From Chrysomallon squamiferum (taxonomy: Eukaryota; Animalia; Mollusca), in NCBI GenBank assembly GCA_012295275.1, contig CM022671.1:16802001-16866000 (forward strand): 64,000 nt of DNA, written 5' to 3'. A program made the translations under genes and the position numbers. Below the pieces are notes generated by a model that had not been told where the DNA came from, did not search any database, and saw nothing but the letters and a program-made list of their open reading frames with translations. Shown here in pieces: positions 55,335 through 64,000 of the stretch. Within the stretch, counting starts at the first letter, position 1; each line of letters opens with the position of its first letter.

Positions 55335-58300
55335 CTGAAAAGTAGTCACAGGAAAAATAAAATAAAATAAAATAAAATAAAATAAAACAACACAACAACA
55401 CAAAACAAAATAAAATAAAAAATTTTTTTTTTTTTTTTTTAATAACTGGGATCTAAAATCAGACACTATTAAAGAAAGGTTGTTATAGTACAGGTACTGG
55501 ACCACCAATTATCTGGTGTCTTGGAAGACCAGAAAACTGGAAGGTTTTTTTTATCCCCAATGCTATTTTCATAGATTGCCTTAAATGATTTAGATGCCTT
55601 GGTACCAGAAAACCAGAAAATCTGAAATTCCTAAGGCCCAAAGGTCAGGGTAATTGGTCTGGTACCCATACTTCAAAGTTTATACATAGAGACTTGCAAA
55701 AAATAAAATAAAATAAAATAAATATAAATTTTAAGTTCATTTTCTAAATAGTAAGACTTAAGAAGAGATAGGATATCTCTGGACATACAGTTTTACTGTT
55801 AATTACTCTACATTTACTGAATCCTTATCATCAATCAGTCAACAGTTTTGTAATGATACATGGACAGCAGACAATTTATCCATCAAGCTTTAAAAAGTAG
55901 ACAACTCAGATATCAGGTTTTTCAAGTTTTCTGGACCAAGGTTTAATATATTCGATACATTAAACATACAAAAAAAAAAAATTAAGAACTAAAAGAAAAA
56001 AAGAGATATATTTAATAAATAAAAATAAACACACTTCTAAAGCCTGTTTTCACGAAGCTAGATAAATGGTCTAGTGCCTGCACCTAATTCTCACATGAAA
56101 AATAAATTTAAAAAAATGTTAACACTTTGAATGCTCTGTTGCGAGTATGAAAGACACACCTGGAGTTTACTGGAGTACTTGCAGTCAGGTTGGAGTCATT
56201 CTGTGCTGGGCAGTTCTTTCTTTCCACATCAAGACGGATATTTACTACAAACCCATTCCCAGGCTTTGTCGTTATATCATCAAACAACTGAGATATTACT
56301 AAAAAAAATAATAATAATACATATATATATATATATACTAGAAAAAAAAAAAAAATAATAATAGTAATAATAATAAATATTATTATTATATTAACATAAA
56401 ATCAATTAAGAAAAAATAATAACAAAAATAAATAAAAACAATATCAGCAATAATAATAATAATAAAATATATAATAAAAAAATAAAACATTATTGTTATC
56501 GACAGTAACAACAACTGAATAGCCACCGTTTTAGTACAGGTACACATTATAAAACAATTCTGATTGTTTCACTGAAGTGAATGGCTAATTTAAGTGAAGA
56601 GCTTAAAATCAGAAATAATACAATTGTAAAATCTGATTTGATTATTAGTTGTTTTTTGTAACTCAGTATAAACTTTACTTATGTAGTTCAAAAAGTGCAT
56701 GTTTGAGAATAGATCAGAAAACAGGTAATGTTTTATTCTTCATTTTTCTTTATAATGTTGTTAATATTCACACAGGAATGACTGAGGTTTTAAATTAATG
56801 TAAACTCAAAGTAATAAAATTATAAATGGTGAATGAATAACAACCAAAAGTAACTGAATGAGTTGCTTTATGACCAAGAACTGTAGTAACACATTACCAA
56901 CCACTAATATTAAATCCCAGATTACACTGTTTGTCAGCCTTCATTATACTTCAAAGGGACATCATTTGGTTAGATTTAAAAAAAAAATTTAAACTTATAT
57001 ACTTAATTATGAGATGATCCTTTAATGACCCGTTACATTTCTGAAGCTAAATAAATGAATAACATTCATTAAAAATAACAATAAAACTAATTTGTTAATT
57101 AAGCTTACATTTTATAAGATCTAAATGAAACATTAATGTTTATTAAATAACAACCCATGTCTGCATCATAGTAAGATTTTCTTTGTTTTCAGAATGTTTA
57201 ATTAAAAAACTCTGGAGGTCTGGATACAGTTCAAATAAAAGGAAATTGTAAAACTCACCTCCACCAATTGAAGAAGCCAATCCACTTTTTGGGGGTGAAC
57301 CACTGGTAGAAATTCGGTTCTGAATATAGCAAGAAGGGGAATGAAAAAAAATGTTTAAAATAAAAAATTATAAAAAAAGAAAAGAATGCATAAGTGTTTT
57401 CGAAATTCATAGCTAGTAAATGACACTGCATATTATTTTTTGAAAATCACAGTAAATTAATCTAAAATTACATTTAGAAACATAAATCTCTCTCTCTAGT
57501 TAGAGAATTTGTAAAAATATTGTATTCTCTCTCTCTAAATTTGTTCAAAACATACAATGTTCTAAACACTTTAGAAAATTTCCCCCAAAAAACACTTTAT
57601 GAAGCACAATGTATTTTAGGATATACATACGTATGTATATACTTACAAACCAATTCTCACTGCCTGATGGACAAACAAATTCTGAATCAGCTGAAAAACT
57701 GTCATCTTTTCTAGATGTTTGAGAAACACTGGGTGAAACACTGGGGGACTTGTCTTTGGAGGTTTCAGATTGTCCACAGTTAGAGTCAGTATCCAGTACA
57801 TTGTCTGAAAATATTCTTCCATGTTTAAAAGATTTTAACCTACTCTGTTCTGAGCCGGCATTGATCAAGGCAGCACTGTATTCTGATGTGGTTGGACCAC
57901 CACGATCCAAACCTGTGGTAATAATTCTTTTGCAGTTTGGCCTTTGTATGCCTCTATACATTTTTCTATAAAAACCAGTTTTAGCATCAAAACCGCACGT
58001 TTTTTGTTTCTTAGAACCAGTTTCGCACTCCTCATCCAAGTCAGATAACCACTCGTCGTCTTCATTTAATCTACTCCTCTTCTTTGACTTCTGCAAAAGC
58101 ATCTTCCTTTGTGCTACATTTATCTGTAAACTTGCACTGCTGCCATTGAAAGATGTTAACAAAACATTTTGATCCTTGTCTTTGTTTTCTAATGAATCTT
58201 CATCACGTTCGTCCAGCAATGATTTTTCAAACTCTTTGTTGAATTTCAAGATCTCCTTGCTTCTCTTGGGATACCTTTTAATATTTTGTCTTTTACGTTT

Positions 58301-59899
58301 CACGTTGTGCTGTGCGTCTGCGAATGTCCTGCACTTCTGGTCAGTGATTTTTGAATGAGACGCAACTGATATTGCTGCTTCTGCTCTGGTCTTGGATTTC
58401 CGAAGCTGCCTTTTCTTAATCGGTAACACCGGGCTTTCAGCACCGTGCGTTTGTTTCTGAAGTTTCTGCTCAGCGTCTATTCGCCGCAGCTTCTCCCATC
58501 TTGCGGCCCGAGCCTTCTGCAAAGCAATAATCTGCTTCTGATGACGCAGGAACTTTTCTTCAGCGGACTTCCTTTTCTTGGCTGGCTTTTTACGATTGGA
58601 ATTTTCCTTAACTCTTTGTTTATTTTCATTCGGTTTTAATGCATCAGTGTCACTCACAGTGTTTATTTCTGAGACTTCGGCCTGTTTCAACACGCTGTTT
58701 GTTGTGGGTTGGTTTTCACCCACATCATTTGCTGAAGGAGGATTCTGGAGATGGGGTAAATCAGATGATGATGTGATCATGGTAACTGTTTCATTTAATT
58801 TACTGCTCTTTTCTGGACTCATCTTGCAAGAGAAACTTGAAGATTCTGAAGTGGACATGGAAGTTTCAGCAATGTCTTCTGATTCAAAGGTAACTTTAGG
58901 AACCTGAACAAGTTGCTTCTTTTTAGATCTATTGGGAAATGATGTCTGTAACACAGAACTACTAGTGTCAATTTCTAACCCTGAAGTTAGTTTTTCATCC
59001 TTGAACTGATTATCAACATTCAGTGATGTGGAAAGCACATCAGTATCCTTTTTTTCCCTCTTTTAGCGAAAGCTCTTCTTTTCAAGTGACTCCACCTTAT
59101 GCCTTTCCTGTGCCGTTTCCTCGGAGACTTGGCTGAACGTGCTTTTTTGGTACTATCGTCCAAACAACTGTTACTAGCAGGGTCTGTTTTAACACTAGTC
59201 TGAGAGCCGGTCTTTGCTAATTTCTCTTTTGATTCAGGCTCAAATATCACTGGATTATCCACCTCCTCCAGCAACTCTTCCCCAGCACTCGGTTCGGAGT
59301 CAGGGTCCACAGTAAGGCTCTCCGACGACTCTGCATCAACCTTCTGTCCTGGAGAAAGCACTTTTTCTGCAGGTGTGACAACTTTGGCAGCGAAAGCTAC
59401 CTGTGGTGTGCACAACTGACCAGGAACAAATGTAAACGGATCGTTAGCTAACACTATTTTTGGCAGTGATGGTGCAGTTATGACTGCAGACGAACTTTTG
59501 CCATTGCAGTTAGTTTCTGTATTATTTGATCTTCCCGGTTTCTGATTTTTGGGCGATCTCTTTAGGCCGTTGATTTTGTTCAGTTTTGGTTTGTTTTTCA
59601 GTTTCTGGTGTGCAAGTTTATTTATTACACTGCTGTTAGTGATAATTCTGCGCTTGAAAACAGATTTCTGATTTAAACAAATGGGTTCTGGCAAATCACA
59701 CTGAGTGGTGATGTTTCTGCTTGAAGAAATATTTGGTTTCTGGAGGGAAGGTGATGTCTGAAAATAAATTAATAATATAAATATCCTTAAATTATATATA
59801 GATCACTGACATTTAACAATACAAAGATCAATCGTATCACCTTTTATTACTTTTTCTTTCAACACAGGAAGATAATGAGAAATAAATAGTGACAAACTG

Positions 59900-59940
<41 letters not shown>

Positions 59941-62900
59941 TAATGAAAATACTCCTTAAATAATTTCATCAATACAGTCTGATTAAAAGTTGCCTACAAA
60001 TATGGTATTATATTTCCGTATCAAATCAAATAGGAATCATATAAATCAATTTTATTAAAATATTATATATTTCTTTCTCTAATGTCAGGCCACAAACCAA
60101 CAAGGGCTACAAAATTGACTAAATTATTAAGTTACGTAACACTAACAATCTTGATGTAACTATATTATTTACTGTCATACCACCTAATTACTTAATTTAA
60201 ATGGAAAATAAATCATTGTAATGTATGATAAGCATGCTTTTTTTTTTCATGAATCGTTAAAACAAATATTTCACTGAGTTTTCATTACAATCTACAATAA
60301 GCATGCTTATTTTCCAATGAATTGTTAAAACAAACTTATCACAGATTTTTAAAAACAATACTGAGAACCGTCAGTAATAATTATATCAAAGTAACTTAGG
60401 TGACTGTAACTTACCATTGCAGGCTCAGGGATACTTTCAATAACAGAAGACGGCTTTTCATTAGCATTACAATATTTACTGCAAGTAGCAGGACTCTGAT
60501 TTATTTTAGTTTTGGTAATATCATTGCTACCAGTATGCTGAAATAAAAAGAAGAAATAATTAAATGTATGTGTGTCTGTGTATGTGAATGTGTGTATATA
60601 TATATATATTATATATATGTTATAGTAAATAGGTATTACCAGGAAAAACATATAATTCCTGAAAATTTCTGAAAATATGTGTAATTATCAACTGCAGAAC
60701 TGAAAATAATGTGGTCAGAATTGGCAATGATCCATGGCGTATCTAGGCATCTTCAGAGCAAAGAGCTGTAGAAAGAATAAAAACTGCGATATTAAGAACA
60801 TGACTGTTTGTTGTTTAGGAGATAACAATACAACAAAATCGACTGTTGAACTCAAGTTTGAACTGCATTTGAATTTCATCGTCTACAAGATTTAGGCTTC
60901 CTCATGAAATTCTCCATCAACCGGAGACAGAGAATGATTTACTTGCAGAAACTACATTGCCAGTTTCCTTTAAAATCAGATATTATACGTATGTGAATTT
61001 TCAGAAATTATGGACATTTCCTGTAACATACAGACAACCATACAAACACAGTCTCACATTTTCAACAGATATTACCATTAAACACATCCTTTGTTTTAAA
61101 ACAGTTCAAAACAGGAGTAATTAAAAGAAAAGAGATTTCGTTTTCTCAAATATTCAATAACAAGCCACAATTTCGCTTAACTAACAGATTTGAAAATAAT
61201 ATGTGCAATATTAAAAAACATTTTATCAGGTACAAGATTAACTACTCCAGATTTCATTCTTTTAAAGCTGTATTGTACAGGACTACCTGAAATACCAAAC
61301 GGTAAAATACTATTAAAACAAAATGAGACTAGTTGTGGATGTTTGTACAACAGGCAAAAGTACATCCTTCCACCCTTTTTGTTGTATGCCGAGTTAAATA
61401 AATTAAAATGTATTCAGTGACACGTTTTAAAATGATGGCTGTATGCTAAAATGACGTAAAGATATGAATCAGTTTCAAAATGTATTTTTTTATTTGTAAA
61501 ATAATGGAAAACACATTTTTTTTTAGATTTTAAACCCCAAAATAGATTATGAAATGATGCAACATTTGTTTTTGCTTTAATTATATATAAGACACACACA
61601 CACAAACACACACAATTACATTTACTGTTTTCACAAAAAAAATATAATAAAAATAAAATATTTTTAATTTGCATTCTAACCTGTACTAGCCGATCTTCTG
61701 ATTGTTCAGCAATTTTATTTTGATTGTCAGAGTTTCTCTTCTGAAATTAAAGCAGAAAGCTAATAAATAAATCATCTAAATTTTTCTACGTGAAAACCTA
61801 AGAGATGTCAAGAGGACAAAGCAAAAATGTAAAATTTTAGAGGTGAAATGAAATAAAAGTAGAGTAAAGCATCTATAAACAACAATTCTTTATTTTGCTC
61901 TAAAATATAATTAAAAAATAGATTAAAATTTGTTTTGTTAAATCCATAACAGCACTGTAGTGTCTTTTCCTTCTTTAATTTAATGTCAAGAATTTACAAA
62001 TTAAAAATTAAAAGCTGCCATCGTTAATAACACTCATCATCTATTATGGAACCTATCTACAGAACAATTAATTTATGTTACAGTTTTTTTCTTTTATTAT
62101 TATTTTTATTATTTATTTATTTTATTTTATTTTAATTTTTTTCTGGAGTTGCATTTCTGTAGTATCTTAGATCATACCTGTAAAAAAAAAAAGATATCAA
62201 TTGTTTTATCTGTACAACATAATACATATTACATATGTTAGTGGGTTTTTTTTTTTCTCACTTATACTTCTGTAGAATCTCAGATGACAAAGCAAATAAA
62301 ATATAAAAAAAGGTATTTATATATTATATCAGCTGTTTTAAATTATACCTCTTCCTGTTCACTAAATTTAATGGCTTCCACTGAAATCTCTGCAATGGTG
62401 GTAACCTCTGATTTGACACTTTCACTACGCAGTTTTTCAGAACTAAAACAGCAGAAAAAGACAAAATATATGACAGACTTTATTTGTAAACAAATTAAAT
62501 AAACTGAAAGCAAAGCAAGTTATTTCCATATGTGTTACCTTTCATTTTTATATCCTCATAACAATCACTATGTTTAAGTATATGATAAAAAGAAACATCT
62601 CTACGCAGAAGCTAAAGGTTGCCTCCTCTAAGCGATGCCAAGCTGCTTTCATAGGGGTGTTTTTTTTCCCTTAGTCGAGCTTGTTTTATCGTTATTTTTC
62701 TACATTTTCCAAAATAATTAATATAATGGGACAATATACAGATTCAGCTTCATCTTCATATCTGTTTATTGCGTCTGAATATTGATAACCATTGCACAAG
62801 TTTACCGTTTCAAAGTAATCCTCACTCTGACAAAACGGTAAGCTTATTATGCTTTTCTCTGTTAGTTTGCAAAATTTCATACAAATGTTAGGCAGCAGGT

Positions 62901-63621
62901 ACTTAATATGGGTTAGAAGGACAAATTGTGTTCTCAGCAAACGATGTGGCCATACAGTGATCACTGTTGCAGTTGCAGTCTGAGACATTCAATGTTTCAG
63001 AGTCTCGTGTGTTATCAGTTATTTATTTATGCAACTGACTAATTAGGAGACATAAATGTTAATTACTGTGCAGATTTAAATATAATTTTCTTTTTGATAA
63101 AGATGCTGATTTCAAAGAAAGTTCTTAGCAAATTAGTTTCCTAACTCTGAACCAGTTTGGTGATTGGGCAATGTGATCATGTGATATCATACTAGTAACA
63201 CGATTGGATGAACAGTATTTTTCTTTTACAGTCCACATGTGCTAATCTGTGCAAGTAATAATTAAATTCCACTGAGTGTTAGCAATGTGTTTAAGAATAC
63301 CGTATGTCTCTATGATTAATCAAAAGCCTGATATATAAATTATGCATATTGGTTTGAAACTATGTGAGGTAGTCAAAGTCGTAATCTAGCAATCGTAAGC
63401 AACTTAAATGTTTGCTAATTTGTAATTATCACTTCCTTTTTTCTTTTTTTTTTAATTTGGCATTATCACGACTGTGCATATACGGAATAATTTAAATTTG
63501 GTTTATTGAATGGTTGCCGTTTCGTGTTATAATAATTATTTTTAAGTTTTAATTAACTTTCGGTGTGTAAAAACAGGGAAATACTAATATATTTAATATT
63601 AAGATGTCGGTACCTCTCCAT
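55157..63621 (-). CDS. Uncharacterised Lys/Arg/Ser-rich, probably nuclear protein; join(63621-63614, 62442-62349, 61740-61681, 60537-60415, 59757-57647, 57319-57259, 56298-56160, 55334-55157); about 924 aa, one apparent frameshift near 59050
   Basis: GT-AG boundaries and phases chain consistently. The large exon corresponds to ORFs 59020..59694 and 57545..59038. NLS-like clusters (RKKPAKKRK, RKRHRK). No family recognised; the 5' exons are less certain. Confidence 0.7.
55491..55669. mobile_element. Short degenerate MITE-like element
   Basis: Imperfect inverted ends CAGGTACTGGACCACCAATTATCTG ... CAGGGTAATTGGTCTGGTACCCA. Confidence 0.35.
56160..56298 (-). CDS. Uncharacterised gene exon 7
   Basis: VISQLFDDITTKPGNGFVVNIRLDVERKNCP... 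Confidence 0.72.
57259..57319 (-). CDS. Uncharacterised gene exon 6
   Basis: NRISTSGSPPKSGLASSIGG | GTGAGT. Confidence 0.72.
57647..59757 (-). CDS. Uncharacterised gene large exon 5 (2.1 kb, apparent 1-nt deletion)
   Basis: ttttcAG TSPSLQKP...SGSENWF GTAAGT; two long overlapping ORFs offset by one base. Confidence 0.8.
60415..60537 (-). CDS. Uncharacterised gene exon 4
   Basis: tttcAG HTGSNDITK...IPEPAM GTAAGT. Confidence 0.7.
60640..61023. mobile_element. Degenerate MITE-like element
   Basis: Imperfect inverted ends CAGGAAAAACATATAATTCCTGAAAATT ... AATTTTCAGAAATTATGGACATTTCCTG. Confidence 0.45.
61681..61740 (-). CDS. Uncharacterised gene exon 3
   Basis: tttcAG KRNSDNQNKIAEQSEDRLVQ GTTAG. 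Confidence 0.65.
62349..62442 (-). CDS. Uncharacterised gene exon 2
   Basis: SEKLRSESVKSEVTTIAEISVEAIKFSEQEE | GTATAA. Confidence 0.6.
63614..63621 (-). CDS. Uncharacterised gene, putative first coding exon (ATG GAG AG)
   Basis: ATGGAGAG|GTACC; phase 2 matches the next exon; lies in a CpG-containing region. Confidence 0.45.
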
Positions 63622-63769
63622 TCCGACTACGAAACCACAGGCAGTCAGTTACATTGACACGTTGTCTTTGCTAAACATGGAGCATACTCGGATGTGACAC
63701 TTGTTCTCCTATTTTTCATTCTTTAACATTGTTAACATCTATGTAAAATAATGGTCTGGGTATGTCCAA

Positions 63770-63800
63770 TAACAACCCGCCATTCCTCTTTCGGCGGCGA
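63770..63800. promoter_or_regulatory. Candidate promoter element (YY1-like CCGCCAT) of the minus-strand gene
   Basis: CCCGCCATTCC followed by CGGCGGCG in a CpG-containing patch about 160 bp upstream of the putative ATG. Confidence 0.3.
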
Positions 63801-64000
63801 TGTATTTTTCTAAGGAACAAAAGCACGTACACCAGTCTTGTTTTCCTAATTCGTGAACAAACTCCTATTCATTTTTAGATCGGCAGCCCTAAAATGCGGA
63901 CCGTTGTTCTTATGCAGAAAATAATTGTTTTTCTTTTTGTTGTAACTCTGTGCACAGAATAAAACTTTCACCTTTGATTTTGTTGTTGTTGTTATTATTA

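Noticed and set aside
57750-58907. Plus-strand ORFs
   Set aside because: Antisense shadows of the large minus-strand exon.
62692-62988. 98-aa minus-strand ORF inside the predicted first intron
   Set aside because: No convincing splice sites in phase and no recognisable motif; an alternative first exon cannot be excluded.

Overview
AT-rich, microsatellite-rich eukaryotic genomic DNA with GT-AG introns; an invertebrate animal, plausibly a mollusc (inference from composition only). Three spliced protein-coding genes could be assembled by hand with consistent exon phases. (1) CFAP276/C1orf194-like, minus strand, 4 exons, 5346->1798, 166 aa. (2) Head-to-head with it, an ELAPOR1/2 (KIAA1324/UPF0577)-family type I membrane protein, plus strand, 22 coding exons, 6385->47454, about 990 aa. 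(3) A convergent, unrecognised, basic and Ser-rich gene, minus strand, 8 exons, about 63621->55157, about 924 aa if one apparent frameshift in an A7 run is repaired. The introns hold many minisatellites and MITE-like elements. The most unusual structure is at 26285-28364: the last 61 nt of ELAPOR exon 9, in most copies with its 5' splice site, is amplified into 20 extra copies separated by variable (GT)n spacers. No prokaryotic features, CRISPR arrays, tRNA or rRNA were seen.
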